Shown here one piece after another: positions 20,576 to 30,799 of a DNA stretch of 64,000 nucleotides. The stretch lies in NCBI GenBank assembly GCA_965222155.1, contig CBDCTH010000012.1:1-64000 (forward strand). Direction: 5' to 3'. Both the position numbers and the translations under genes were made by a program. The first letter of the stretch is position 1; every line of letters starts with the position of its first letter. The notes beneath the pieces were generated by a model. It was not told the DNA's origin and did no database searches. It worked only from the letters and a program-made list of their open reading frames with translations. This stretch comes from Gammaproteobacteria bacterium (GTDB lineage: Bacteria > Pseudomonadota > Gammaproteobacteria > Eutrophobiales > Eutrophobiaceae).

Positions 20576-21199
20576 ATGCAAGCTGAACCACCCAGACTGA
20601 GCGCACTGATCCAGGCGCTTTGCTGTCTACCGGGTATCGGTAAGAAATCCGCCCAGAGAATCAGTTACCACCTGTTGCAACGCGACCGGGACGGGGCAAA
20701 ATCCCTGGCCGCCGCGTTGGTTGAAGCGATGGAAAACATAGGCAGTTGTCAGAGGTGCCGCAATTTCAGTGAAACCCCGCTGTGTAATGTTTGTCTGAGT
20801 GGTAAACGGGACAGCTCGCTGCTTTGCATAGTGGAAAGTCCGGTGGACGTGTTTGCCATGGAAGAGGCGGGCTATCAGGGGAAATATTTTGTATTAATGG
20901 GACATCTCTCGCCCCTGGACGGTATCGGACCGCAGGAACTGGGGCTGGACAAATTGGCGGCGTATCTTACCGGCTCGCCTGAGAGTGAAGCGGGTGGAGA
21001 AGTCAAGGAGATAATTCTTGCGACCAACTCGACCATGGAAGGAGAAGCGACAGCGCATTTTATCAATAGCATCGTGCAGAGATATGATATCCGCGTTACC
21101 CGTATCGCCCATGGCGTGCCGCTGGGTGGTGAACTGGAATATATTGACAGTAATACTCTCTCCCATGCCCTGGCCGGTCGGCACGAAATATCTGAGTGA
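20576..21199 (+). CDS. recR: Recombination mediator RecR
   Basis: LPGIGKKSAQR, C4 zinc finger, EGEATA, IAHGVPLGGELEY. Confidence 0.96.
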   Translation: MQAEPPRLSALIQALCCLPGIGKKSAQRISYHLLQRDRDGAKSLAAALVEAMENIGSCQRCRNFSETPLCNVCLSGKRDSSLLCIVESPVDVFAMEEAGYQGKYFVLMGHLSPLDGIGPQELGLDKLAAYLTGSPESEAGGEVKEIILATNSTMEGEATAHFINSIVQRYDIRVTRIAHGVPLGGELEYIDSNTLSHALAGRHEISE

Positions 21200-21311
21200 T
21201 AAATTATGCGCACCTGTATTGCGTGCAAGGTTAGAAGCCGGGTTTTATTTTTATGTTACACTTAAGTTCACAACACATTAATGCCGGGTGAGGCTAAAAG
21301 GAGATTACAGA

Positions 21312-21521
21312 ATGAATGGCGGAAATCAGGAAAATCCGAGCTGGCAAACTGCCCTTGAACATCACGAAGAACTGTGTGCTGAACGCGGCCGTACCATTGA
21401 TGTGAGATTTAATTCCCTCGAGAAAAGACTGGACAATATCGAACGACTCCAGCGCTTCACCCTTGGCGCTATCCTCGTTTGGCCAGCGCTGTTGATCGCC
21501 GTATTGAAATTGATTCTGTAA
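21312..21521 (+). CDS. Small coiled-coil protein with C-terminal transmembrane helix
   Basis: ggag RBS-like site upstream; heptad-like RFNSLEKRLDNIE followed by a hydrophobic C-terminus. Confidence 0.55.
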   Translation: MNGGNQENPSWQTALEHHEELCAERGRTIDVRFNSLEKRLDNIERLQRFTLGAILVWPALLIAVLKLIL

Positions 21522-21525
21522 TCCC

Positions 21526-22764
21526 TTACCCGGCGGACAAATGGGCTATCCTTATCGGCGCCGGTGGATGCGAATCATGAAAAGCTGAATACAATGGGTC
21601 CGGGGTCAGGGTATTGGCATTTTCCTTGTAAAGCTTGACCAGGGCATTGATCAGGCTGCCGGCCCGAACCTGGGCCGTGGCAAAATCGTCGGCTTCAAAT
21701 TCATGCTTGCGGGAGATAGATGAAAACAGTGGTTGCAGAAAGAAGGTGAAAGCCGGCGCCACCAGTACGAACAAGGTCAGGGCCATATAAGCCGACGGTT
21801 CGCTGACACCCAGGCCGGTATAGAACCAGGGTAGTTCCAGCAAAACGCCCAATATGGCGAAACCTGTGAGAAAGGTTATCCCCATAATGGCGAGACGTTT
21901 TTTTACGTGACCGCACTTGAAATGTCCTAATTCGTGGGCCAGCACCGCCTCGATCTCATCGTGGGACAGTTCATCAATCAGGGTATCGAAAAATACTATC
22001 CGCTTGTTTGCTCCTAGACCGGTGAAGTAGGCGTTCCCATGGGTGGAACGGGTCGAACCGTCCATGACGAAGATGCCGTTGCTGGTAAATCCGTTGCGGT
22101 CCAGTAAAGCGGCGATTCGAGTCGCAAGATCGGCATTGTCCAACGGCCTGAATTTATTGAACAACGGTGCGATCAAGGCAGGATAAGCCCATACCATGAC
22201 CAGGTTGAAACCCAGCCAGGTTAACCATACGTACAACCACCACCAGGCGCCGGAGTTGTCCATGAACCATAACACCAGCATGATCAGCGGTGTTCCTATA
22301 ATCAGCATCAGCAGCGTATTTTTCAACAGGTCATTGATAAACAGCCTGGGGGTCATCTTGTTGAAACCGAACCGTTGTTCCAGTCTGAATGTGTGATAGA
22401 GTGACAGCGGCAGGTCCAGCAATGATGAGATCAACATCAATGCCAGGATGAAGATCGTTCCCGTCCACAAGCCGGATAGCTGGTATGGGCGGATAATACT
22501 ATCGAGAAAATCCAGGGCGCCTCCCAGGGTCCAGATTAACAGCAGAATGGAGGATACAATCAGTTCGACCAGTCGAATACGGGTCTTGGCGCAATTGTAA
22601 TCAGCCGCCTTGCGGTGTGCGTCGAGAGGGATTTTGTCTGCGAAATTATCCGGCACCGTATCCCGATTGGCCTTGATGTGGCGGATATGACGGACGCTCA
22701 AGCGCCATTGAAGAAAAACACCAGAAATCAATGCTATGATAAACAGGTAGGTAAATGTATTCAT
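21526..22764 (-). CDS. M48 family (Ste24-like) membrane metalloprotease
   Basis: HELGH zinc motif, NAYFTG, SRKHEFEAD, SHPP; multiple TM segments. Confidence 0.93.
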   Translation of the reverse strand: MNTFTYLFIIALISGVFLQWRLSVRHIRHIKANRDTVPDNFADKIPLDAHRKAADYNCAKTRIRLVELIVSSILLLIWTLGGALDFLDSIIRPYQLSGLWTGTIFILALMLISSLLDLPLSLYHTFRLEQRFGFNKMTPRLFINDLLKNTLLMLIIGTPLIMLVLWFMDNSGAWWWLYVWLTWLGFNLVMVWAYPALIAPLFNKFRPLDNADLATRIAALLDRNGFTSNGIFVMDGSTRSTHGNAYFTGLGANKRIVFFDTLIDELSHDEIEAVLAHELGHFKCGHVKKRLAIMGITFLTGFAILGVLLELPWFYTGLGVSEPSAYMALTLFVLVAPAFTFFLQPLFSSISRKHEFEADDFATAQVRAGSLINALVKLYKENANTLTPDPLYSAFHDSHPPAPIRIAHLSAG

Positions 22765-22834
22765 GGATCAGCTGTTGGTTCCCAATAGACGATTAAGGTA
22801 GTATCAACCAAAAACAAATATCGAACAACCATAA

Positions 22835-23380
22835 ATGATGTCCCCGCTGGAAACCAACCTGATATGGATCGACCTCGAAATGACCGGGTTGATCCCGGAG
22901 CAGGATTACATCATTGAGATTGCAACTGTGATCACCGATGCCCAGTTGAACCTGCTGACGGAAGGTCCGGTGATGGCCCTGAACCAGCCTGAATCAGTCC
23001 TGGCTGGCATGGATGACTGGAATATGAATCAGCATACCCGATCAGGCTTGTTGCAACGGGTGCGCGGCAGTGAGTATTCAGAGTCGGATGCCGAGAAACT
23101 CACCCTGGAATTTTTACGCAAATACGTAGCGGCCGGGGTCTCTCCCATGTGCGGCAACAGTATCTGCCAGGACCGCCGCTTCCTCAGCCGGCACATGCCC
23201 GAGCTTGAGAAATATTTTCATTATCGCAACCTGGACGTGAGTACGGTAAAGGAACTGGTCAAACGCTGGACAAACAACCAGGAACCGTTTGCCAAGGAAT
23301 CAACGCATCTTGCCCTGAACGACATTCGCGATTCCATTGAAGAATTACGCCTTTACCGAAAACTGTACTTTAACTGCTGA
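22835..23380 (+). CDS. orn: Oligoribonuclease
   Basis: [39 protein letters not shown]. Confidence 0.96.
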   Translation: MMSPLETNLIWIDLEMTGLIPEQDYIIEIATVITDAQLNLLTEGPVMALNQPESVLAGMDDWNMNQHTRSGLLQRVRGSEYSESDAEKLTLEFLRKYVAAGVSPMCGNSICQDRRFLSRHMPELEKYFHYRNLDVSTVKELVKRWTNNQEPFAKESTHLALNDIRDSIEELRLYRKLYFNC

Positions 23381-23402
23381 GCCTGGTATTGATGAATGAG
23401 TT

Positions 23403-23615
23403 GCCCGTCAAATCGCATACCCGTCATACTGGCGAATGTCCACCAAACCGCATGCCCGTCATGCCGATGCCCGCCCCGTCATACCGGCGAATGCCCGTCA
23501 AACCGCATGCCCGTCATGCCGATGCCCGTCCCGTCATACCGGCGAATGCCCGTCAAACCGCATGCCCGTCATGCCGATGCCCGTCCCGTCATACCGGCGA
23601 ATGCCGGTATCCAGT
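23403..23615. repeat. Tandem array of 55-bp units built from CGTC-REP halves, ending in a full REP
   Basis: Unit starts at 23444, 23499, 23554; final cgtcataccggcgaatgccggtatccag. Confidence 0.88.
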
Positions 23616-23664
23616 CAATTAACCCTGTAAAGTCATCAGGCTGTCAGTAAGAAGAGGGCACTTA

Positions 23665-25248
23665 ATGTCAGATTACGATGTCATCATTGTCGGCGGCGGA
23701 CACAATGCCTTAATGTGCGCCGCACTCCTGGTCAAAAACGGCCTGAAAGTCCTGGTTGCCGAGCGCAACGACTGGGTTGGCGGCGGCGTTGTTACCCGGG
23801 AAGTCACACTGCCCGGTTATAAACATGACATGTTCGGCTCTTCCCACGTCTGGATACACCTGAATCCCGATTTCAAGACCCTGCAACCCGAACTCGAGCA
23901 ATACGGCCTGAAATACATCTGGTCCGATGATCATATTACCGGGCACCCGAACAAGTACGAAGGGCAGGGGATTATCGTTTATAAAGACGTGGACAAGACC
24001 TGTGACACCATAGCCGAATACTCCGGCCGGGACGCCAGGCGCTACCGGGAGATCTATGAGGAGTTCGGCGAGATCCGGGAGGGTGTGATCAAGGGCATGT
24101 TTTCTCCCCCGGCGCCGCCCAGTTACCTGTACCAGGCCATGGAAAACAGTCCCGAAGGCTTAAAGCGTTTACGTGACTACCAATTGAGTTCCCGCCAGTT
24201 CACCCTGGAGAATTTCGAGAACGACCACGTGCGCGCCTTCATCCTGGGATGGGCGATGGCGCCGCAGACCCTGCCGGACCAACTGGGCACCGCGGCGGGG
24301 TTCTACGTCATGATCCCGAGCATCCATTATTACGGACAGGCCATTCCCGAAGGCGGCAGCGGCATGTTGTCGGTGGCCTTGCAGCGTTATATCGAAGCCA
24401 ACGGTGGCGTCGTGCTGACCGGAGCGACCGTCAGAAAGTTTATTGTCGAAAACGATGAATGTATCGGTATTCGCCTGGAGGACGGTTCCGAAATCAGCGC
24501 CGGACAGGCGGTTGTTTCGGAACTGGATCCCTACCAGACCTACCTGCACGGTTTCGATGAAGGCGTACTCACACGGGATTTTCTTGGCTTGGTGCGTAAT
24601 TTTCGCTTTGGTGACGTGACCATCGCCCGTGTCCATTACGCACTGAACGAAGCACCGAAATTCAGGAACGGGACGGACATGGACAGGACGGCCTTCCAGC
24701 GCATGTTCGGCACGGTGGCGGATATTGATAAACAATACAATGAGATGGCCGCGGGACTGGCCCCGACTGATCCGTTTTTATGGACTGCTGCCTGGACCAC
24801 CCTGGACCCCACCCGGGCGCCGGCGGGAAAACATACACTGATTATGGATACTTTTGTGCCGGTAGACCTGGCCTCCGGTGAAGACTGGGAACAGATCGGT
24901 CCCGGCTATGTACGCAATACCTTATTGGAACAATTGCGCAATTACACGGTCAACATGGATGTTGACAATATACTGGCTGAATACGTGGAAACAGGACCCA
25001 GCCTGGCCAGGGCAAACCTGTGCTTTTACCGGGGCGTCACCACCGGCGGCGAACGCACCCTGGCCCAGATGGGGTCGTTCCGGCCGTTTCCGAATTATGC
25101 CAATTACCGTGGCCCCATAAAAAAATTCTACATGACCGGCCCGTCCTGTCACCCCGGCGGTGGCATCTGCGGCATGGGCTCCATAGCCGCCAATGAAATC
25201 CTCATGGACCTGGGCTTGAAGGACGACGATGATGACTTTGATTTTTAA
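23665..25248 (+). CDS. FAD-dependent oxidoreductase, phytoene dehydrogenase-like
   Basis: VIIVGGGHNAL, VGGGVVT, GGSG, PTRAPAGKH, CHPGGG. Confidence 0.87.
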   Translation: MSDYDVIIVGGGHNALMCAALLVKNGLKVLVAERNDWVGGGVVTREVTLPGYKHDMFGSSHVWIHLNPDFKTLQPELEQYGLKYIWSDDHITGHPNKYEGQGIIVYKDVDKTCDTIAEYSGRDARRYREIYEEFGEIREGVIKGMFSPPAPPSYLYQAMENSPEGLKRLRDYQLSSRQFTLENFENDHVRAFILGWAMAPQTLPDQLGTAAGFYVMIPSIHYYGQAIPEGGSGMLSVALQRYIEANGGVVLTGATVRKFIVENDECIGIRLEDGSEISAGQAVVSELDPYQTYLHGFDEGVLTRDFLGLVRNFRFGDVTIARVHYALNEAPKFRNGTDMDRTAFQRMFGTVADIDKQYNEMAAGLAPTDPFLWTAAWTTLDPTRAPAGKHTLIMDTFVPVDLASGEDWEQIGPGYVRNTLLEQLRNYTVNMDVDNILAEYVETGPSLARANLCFYRGVTTGGERTLAQMGSFRPFPNYANYRGPIKKFYMTGPSCHPGGGICGMGSIAANEILMDLGLKDDDDDFDF

Positions 25249-25261
25249 CTCACACAGTAGC

Positions 25262-25365
25262 CGGGGACAGAATTTATTCTGTCCCCTTATACGGCCCCGT
25301 CATGCTGGCGCAGGCCGGAATGACGGGCCTGAGCAGCATGGGGATGGAATTAATTCCGTCCCCTT
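25262..25365. repeat. Cluster of short hairpins (GGGGAC-type and CGTC-type)
   Basis: ggggacagaatttattctgtcccc; ccccgtcatgc...gaatgacggg; ggggatggaattaattccgtcccc. Confidence 0.75.
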
Positions 25366-25385
25366 TACAGCAAGAGGTATAAGTT

Positions 25386-26546
25386 ATGTCTGAAAAAGCG
25401 GAACGTATTGCGCCCTATACGGCGCTGGTTGTGCAACCTGAAGTCACGGTTATAAAAAAACGCGAGGACATCAGGAAAAACCTGGATCGGGTCTGCAACC
25501 TGATCCACTTCGGCGTGGGATATTTCTGGGAACAGCCGGTGCGCCTGGTTGTGTTGCCTGAATATTTCATGCAGGGCGTCGGCACGCCGGGTAAGGGCGA
25601 AAGCCGCATCAAGGACCAGATGGACAAGGTGGTCACTATTCCCGGGCCGGAAACGGAACAACTGGGTGAAATTGCCAGGGAGTATGGATTGTATATCGTC
25701 GCCGGTGGCGTCTGTGAAGAGTTGCCTGAGTTTCCGGATCGTTGGTTCAATACCAATTTTATCATCGGACCGGAAGGCGATATCGTGCTGAAATATCACA
25801 AGTGGCATATCCCCGCGTACATCGGCCTGGGCACCAGCCCCCATGACCTGTTTACCGAGTACTGTGAAAAAATCGGCGGTGATATCAAAGACCTTTTCCC
25901 CGTCGTTGATACCCCCATCGGCAAGCTCGGCACCATGACCTGTCATGACGGTTGTACCCCCGAGGTTTCCCGCGCCCTGGGATACAACGGGGTGGAGATA
26001 ATCTGTCATCCAGGCGCTATCCAGGAGGTCGAAGGCGTATCCGAACCCTGGGATTTCTGGATGTTCACCCGGCGCGCCCGGGCCCACGATAATATGTGTT
26101 ACCTGCTGGGTTCCAACTGGGGTAAGGTCAATTACGAGTATTACCCCAAGGCATTTTGCCCGGGTAATTCGTTTGCCATTGATTATACCGGTATGGTCCT
26201 GCGTCACGTGCCTTACCCTGAAGAACAAGTGCTGGCGGTTTCCATTGACATCGAGGCATTGCGGCATCACCGGACAAAAACCATCCATAATTGCTGGGTG
26301 GACGTGCGTACTGAGGGATTTCGCCAGATATATGAGAAACCTATCTATCCGCCCAACCGGTTTCCATCCGGCAAGCCTCCTCGAAGCCTGTCCGAAAAAG
26401 TATCCATCTGCAAGGAGGTATTTGATGACTTGTACGGCCGCGGCCAGTTCACGCCACCGGCGGGGTATGCGCCCGGCGACATTTCCCAATTGCTGGAAGA
26501 CAGGATCGCCTACGCCCAGAAAACAGGGCGCTTAAAGAAGAGTTAA
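25386..26546 (+). CDS. Nitrilase-superfamily carbon-nitrogen hydrolase
   Basis: Catalytic triad contexts LPEY, YHKWH, TCHDG. Confidence 0.87.
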   Translation: MSEKAERIAPYTALVVQPEVTVIKKREDIRKNLDRVCNLIHFGVGYFWEQPVRLVVLPEYFMQGVGTPGKGESRIKDQMDKVVTIPGPETEQLGEIAREYGLYIVAGGVCEELPEFPDRWFNTNFIIGPEGDIVLKYHKWHIPAYIGLGTSPHDLFTEYCEKIGGDIKDLFPVVDTPIGKLGTMTCHDGCTPEVSRALGYNGVEIICHPGAIQEVEGVSEPWDFWMFTRRARAHDNMCYLLGSNWGKVNYEYYPKAFCPGNSFAIDYTGMVLRHVPYPEEQVLAVSIDIEALRHHRTKTIHNCWVDVRTEGFRQIYEKPIYPPNRFPSGKPPRSLSEKVSICKEVFDDLYGRGQFTPPAGYAPGDISQLLEDRIAYAQKTGRLKKS

Positions 26547-26550
26547 TCCG

Positions 26551-26799
26551 ATGAGAGTACGCAGCAAACTGGCGGACGTCGAATTTCAATTCGGCGAGTT
26601 CGAATACAAGAAAGATCACCTGATCATCCACAGCGCGCCGGAACAGGCCATGCAGACCAGGGTGTACGTCAGCCCGGATGACGTAGTCAGCGCTCTGATT
26701 AAAGCGCTGTCCAATCCGAGGGTCTGGCTGTACCTTATCGGTTTCCCGTTTTTCCTGGTTCGCTACCGGCGCCGCCGGAAGGCCAAGTCTCAAGTCTAA
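26551..26799 (+). CDS. Small membrane-anchored hypothetical protein
   Basis: Starts 4 nt after the nitrilase stop; C-terminal hydrophobic helix followed by basic residues. Confidence 0.65.
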   Translation: MRVRSKLADVEFQFGEFEYKKDHLIIHSAPEQAMQTRVYVSPDDVVSALIKALSNPRVWLYLIGFPFFLVRYRRRRKAKSQV

Positions 26800-26914
26800 T
26801 CGGCGGTCTATATGCTAAACTCGTCGAACGAGGTGCACGACCCCGGGCATTGCCGTCCAGGTCGACCACGGTTTAAAATTGTGATCGGTTTAATCAGTAT
26901 ACAAGGGGGAAGTT

Positions 26915-27760
26915 ATGCCGGATTCAGCCTATAGAGATCTTACCGAAGAAGAAATCAGCTTCTACCAGAAAGAAGGGGCAGTGCTTGTGCCTCAGTGTGT
27001 CGACTCCAAATGGATCGAACGCATGACCAAAGCCATTGATCGGCAACTTGCCCGGCCCAGCAAATGGGTGCATGACACCAATCCGGGTTCGGGGCAGGCG
27101 CGGTTTCTGCACGACCGCTACCTGTGGCCGACGGATACGGACTTCAGGGAGTACGCGTTCCAGTCCGGTGTGGCTGAACTCGCCGCCCAGGCCATGCAGT
27201 CAAGTATGGCGCGTATCTATTTTGACCACGTGTTCGTCAAGGAACCGAATACGGAGGAAGAGTTTTTCTGGCACCAGGATTTACCCTATTGGCCGTTCAA
27301 GGGCACCCAAATCTGCTCGGTCTGGTTGTCTTTGACAGACGCTGATCTTGACTCAAGCGGTCTGGAATTCGTGCGTGGTTCAAACGCCTGGAACAAATGG
27401 TTCAAACCCGTGTTGCCCGACGGTGGAGAAGATACCAACCAGGCCGAGTGGATCGGGTCGAGTTCCGAGGAGGAAATACCGGATTTCAACGCCCTGAGGG
27501 ACAATTACGAATTCCTGTCATTCGAGACCAAAGCGGGGGACGCCGTAATATTCAATACGTCCATCATCCATACCTCCCATGGCAACTTCTCACCCAGCCG
27601 GCGCCGTCTGGCCCTGTCCACCCGCTGGCTTGGGGACGATGCCTGCTGGGACCCGCGCCCGGGAACGGACCCGATTGTGACCCAGGAGCATGTTTCCCTG
27701 GAACCCGGCGCCCTTGCCAGAGATGACAAGGCATTTCCGCTGGTCTGGCAGGCGCATTGA
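26915..27760 (+). CDS. Phytanoyl-CoA dioxygenase family (PhyH) Fe/2OG enzyme
   Basis: WHQD facial triad, GDAVIF...IIH, RRLALSTRW. Confidence 0.9.
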   Translation: MPDSAYRDLTEEEISFYQKEGAVLVPQCVDSKWIERMTKAIDRQLARPSKWVHDTNPGSGQARFLHDRYLWPTDTDFREYAFQSGVAELAAQAMQSSMARIYFDHVFVKEPNTEEEFFWHQDLPYWPFKGTQICSVWLSLTDADLDSSGLEFVRGSNAWNKWFKPVLPDGGEDTNQAEWIGSSSEEEIPDFNALRDNYEFLSFETKAGDAVIFNTSIIHTSHGNFSPSRRRLALSTRWLGDDACWDPRPGTDPIVTQEHVSLEPGALARDDKAFPLVWQAH

Positions 27761-27792
27761 CCCGTCATTCCTGCGTAAGCAGGAATCCAGTT
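27761..27792. repeat. CGTC-family REP
   Basis: cccgtcattcctgcgtaagcaggaatccagtt directly after the stop codon; marks the left edge of the accessory island. Confidence 0.8.
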
Positions 27793-27922
27793 AAATCAAG
27801 AGTCGCCCTGTGGGCGACACCTTATTAAGGAACTTCTGAGATTAAGTCTCAGAGTTTCCTAAAATGTTTCCCTGTAAATAATCTACAAGCTCATAGAAGC
27901 GCGCAGGGGTTATATAACGGTT

Positions 27923-28210
27923 TTACGCAACGCCTGAAATCTGATTAAGTGTCTTACCCATTTTTTTATAGGCTTCTTCCAGATCATAATCACCCTGTAA
28001 TCCCAACCAGAATTTTTCACTACTATCAAAATAGCGAGCAAGACGTAAAGCCGTGTCCGCGGTAATCGCCCGCTTGCCAAGAACAATTTCATTTATTCGT
28101 CTCGGTGGAACAGAAATATCTCTGGCCAGTTTATTCTGGCTGATGCCCATCGGTTCCAAAAATTCATGGAGGAGAATATCGCTAGGATGGATGTTTTTTA
28201 GTTTCGCCAT
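27923..28210 (-). CDS. higA: HigA-family antitoxin (HTH)
   Basis: IHPSDIL..EFL, RRINEIVLGKRAITADTALRL, FWLGLQ. Confidence 0.92.
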   Translation of the reverse strand: MAKLKNIHPSDILLHEFLEPMGISQNKLARDISVPPRRINEIVLGKRAITADTALRLARYFDSSEKFWLGLQGDYDLEEAYKKMGKTLNQISGVA

Positions 28211-28219
28211 TTGTTTTAC

Positions 28220-28294
28220 CTAATGATAATCAACGATTTCAACTTGATGTGCATTGCCTTGCCGCCAAATAAAACAAATTCGGTACTGATCATT
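28220..28294 (-). pseudogene. higB: C-terminal remnant of a HigB toxin
   Basis: Minus strand reads NDQYRICFIWRQGNAHQVEIVDYH*, the canonical HigB C-terminus; the 5' part is replaced by rloB. Confidence 0.82.
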
Positions 28295-28306
28295 TGGTAT
28301 GGCAGG

Positions 28307-28978
28307 CTAATTGACTATTTTAATATTTTGCAAATAGTCAACAAGCTTATGGACATGGGTTGAGGGATTATCAGTCCCGGTTTGATCTGCATCTTGTAGT
28401 ACCTTGACAGCATTGGTCTTGGCCATTTCAAGTTTGTCATACAGCTTGGAAAATAGACCGGAAGCGGATTTATCGTAGTCCGGGAAGTGTTTCTTTAATT
28501 TATTAATCACATGATCTGCTGCGCTTAACCTTCCCGTTGCCGAGAAAGGTTCGGTAGTGTAAAGAAAATGCAGTAATAACCAGTATTCGAAACATGGAAC
28601 TGAGTTTATTGCGAAAAAAGTGTTTTCAGGTTTAAAGCGTTTAATTTCATCAAGAGCTTGTTGGTAGGTAAGGTGAGTATCTTTATCAAAGACAAAATAA
28701 ACGTGATCGAAAGCATCACCTGTACTACGCTCTTCTTTATATAGTTTCTTGCCGTATTTAACTACACTTTCCGGGCTTGAATCACTGGTACCGTCTATCT
28801 CGATATTTGCGCTGTTTATCCTGTAATACTTCTTCAGGTCGTTGAAATATTCAGGTTCTGTTTTTTTTCCTTCAGTGACAATTAGCACTTTATCGTAAGG
28901 CGCTCGTGTGTGTTCTCTGCGCTTAAGTTCCCGTGATCCTCTTGGTTTACGGTTTTGAAAACGGTTTTCCTTTCCCAT
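28307..28978 (-). CDS. RloB-family protein
   Basis: LIVTEGKKTEPEYF, VFDKD, SVPCFEYWLLLHF, NPST. Confidence 0.9.
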   Translation of the reverse strand: MGKENRFQNRKPRGSRELKRREHTRAPYDKVLIVTEGKKTEPEYFNDLKKYYRINSANIEIDGTSDSSPESVVKYGKKLYKEERSTGDAFDHVYFVFDKDTHLTYQQALDEIKRFKPENTFFAINSVPCFEYWLLLHFLYTTEPFSATGRLSAADHVINKLKKHFPDYDKSASGLFSKLYDKLEMAKTNAVKVLQDADQTGTDNPSTHVHKLVDYLQNIKIVN

Positions 28979-28988
28979 GAAAAATTGC

Positions 28989-30272
28989 CTAAGGAAGATC
29001 AGCAGTGTTCAGATAGGGCAATGCTCCATATCTTCCTGATAGATAGCCTGCTTCGAGATTTTCCCGACCTTTACGCGGGCTGAAATCAGTTAAAGGATAA
29101 AGTATTGTTGCCTGTTCTCTGTCTTTTTCACAGAACCAGATTTGATCGCGCCTGAAAATTTCCTGACTCAGGATCGATGTTTCATGGGAGGTAAAGATCA
29201 ATTGTGCGTTATTGGGATTGGTTTTTTCATCATGGAATAAATCCACCAGAAACCTTACCATTTTTGGATGAAAATTTGAGTGCAATTCATCTGTGAAAAG
29301 AATATAACCGTTTTCCAGGGTATCAATAATGGGGCCTGCCAGAGCGAAGAAATTCTGTGTTCCTTCTGACTCAACGTCAAAGTCAAATGATACATTTATG
29401 CCTTGATTTGTTTGGTGTATGGTTTGAATATTAAATATATCTGCATCTTTCGCATTTTGAAGGAAAATGGTCTTAAATTCTTCCGGCATATCATCCGGCA
29501 GGTGTTTTGCTGATATTCTTTCCGACTCAACTGAGATATCATCAATACCAAGGTCGGCTACTTTAAGATACTTGACTACTTTATTACGTTCATCACTATC
29601 CTTGCATAGAGATGCAGTGAAGTCAGGATAACCCTCTCCAACGGATAAAACCCTTAAGAGATTTTTAAACCAGTCGAATACAGGTTGTAACTGTTCGCTA
29701 TTAAGGTGTACTGCCGTAGACAGGAACAGTGCATTGGAGCGAGTGGCATCCCGCCAGAGTTGTTTCTGGCCGGTGAATGAGTTACCCATTTCCCATTCGT
29801 ATGTGTTGATTTCCTGGTTCCATAACCGTGCAAACCAGTGTTGAGGTCTTCCTTTAGGGAACGCCACTAACCATTCTTCCATTACTTTTACCGAAGTGAC
29901 GACGAATCCATATTGATACCGAATTCCATCAGCAATAAAAACGATTTCAAACTCTGAAGGCGATTCAGTAGACATCTCATCCAGAAGGAAAGGAGTTACA
30001 GGCAGTTTATCACCCCGCTGCCATTCGGTAGCGGATCTCAGAATTATGCGTCTCATAGCTACCACGGCCGCAAGAAAATTGGACTTTCCACTCGCATTGG
30101 GACCATAGATAACCGCTGTTTTGAGTAATCTGGCAGGAGCGGATAAATTGGACTTGAATGTGTTGGAATTAACCAATTCTCCACCTTTTGCCATGGTCAG
30201 GCTCAAGGTCTGCTCATCCTTGAAGGAAAGATAATTTTTAGTGCTGAACTGAATAAGCATGATATAAATCAA
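28989..30272 (-). CDS. RloA/AbiEii-like ABC-type (AAA_21) ATPase
   Basis: YGPNASGKSN, ESEGT signature, FTDEL, QLIFTSHE, YLSGRYGALP; paired with RloB. Confidence 0.9.
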   Translation of the reverse strand: MIYIMLIQFSTKNYLSFKDEQTLSLTMAKGGELVNSNTFKSNLSAPARLLKTAVIYGPNASGKSNFLAAVVAMRRIILRSATEWQRGDKLPVTPFLLDEMSTESPSEFEIVFIADGIRYQYGFVVTSVKVMEEWLVAFPKGRPQHWFARLWNQEINTYEWEMGNSFTGQKQLWRDATRSNALFLSTAVHLNSEQLQPVFDWFKNLLRVLSVGEGYPDFTASLCKDSDERNKVVKYLKVADLGIDDISVESERISAKHLPDDMPEEFKTIFLQNAKDADIFNIQTIHQTNQGINVSFDFDVESEGTQNFFALAGPIIDTLENGYILFTDELHSNFHPKMVRFLVDLFHDEKTNPNNAQLIFTSHETSILSQEIFRRDQIWFCEKDREQATILYPLTDFSPRKGRENLEAGYLSGRYGALPYLNTADLP

Positions 30273-30538
30273 ATTATAATCTTAATTTTGACAAAAATAA
30301 CCCAGGATAAGACTGTAATCAATATCTTCTTCTAAAATAAGTTCAATTTTTGGAATCAGACAAGGATACTTGGGGTCAGAATGCGCTGCTGGATGAGGCC
30401 AGACGATGAGATTATGTTGATTACCCATCTCTGGCGAGGACATCAGCACACAACAGATGATGGATATTTGTAATATACCGTTTGATATATATCAGCAATC
30501 GAACTATACTGTTACATCCCTGAACCACTTATTTTTAT

Positions 30539-30799
30539 TTGAGGTGTAACATGGCGGAAAAAGCATTTGTCAGCGTTGCCAAACTGTTCATGAATGGTCG
30601 CAGTCAGGCTGTGAGGTTGCCGGCTGAATGCAGATTCGATGCAGATGAAGTCACGATCCAGAAACTTGGCGATACTGTGATCATCAGCCCGAAGACAAAT
30701 CGCTGGGATGAGTTTTTTGCAAGAGAGGTGCTTCCAGTGGACGAACGTATTCCGGATATTGGGGAGTTGGAATATGAGAAACGGGAAAAATTTAACTGA
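30539..30799 (+). CDS. vapB: VapB (AbrB/SpoVT-type) antitoxin; ATG at 30551 is the likely start
   Basis: AKLFMNGRSQAVRLP. Confidence 0.9.
   Translation: MRCNMAEKAFVSVAKLFMNGRSQAVRLPAECRFDADEVTIQKLGDTVIISPKTNRWDEFFAREVLPVDERIPDIGELEYEKREKFN

Noticed and set aside
23403-23615. Possible CRISPR array
   Set aside because: Units are contiguous near-identical repeats with no unique spacers and no cas genes; the ORFs called here are repeat artefacts
27827-27862. IS element at aggaacttctgag...ctcagagtttcct (similar sequence at 5763-5790)
   Set aside because: Only short imperfect hairpins resembling fused IS ends; too little evidence to call
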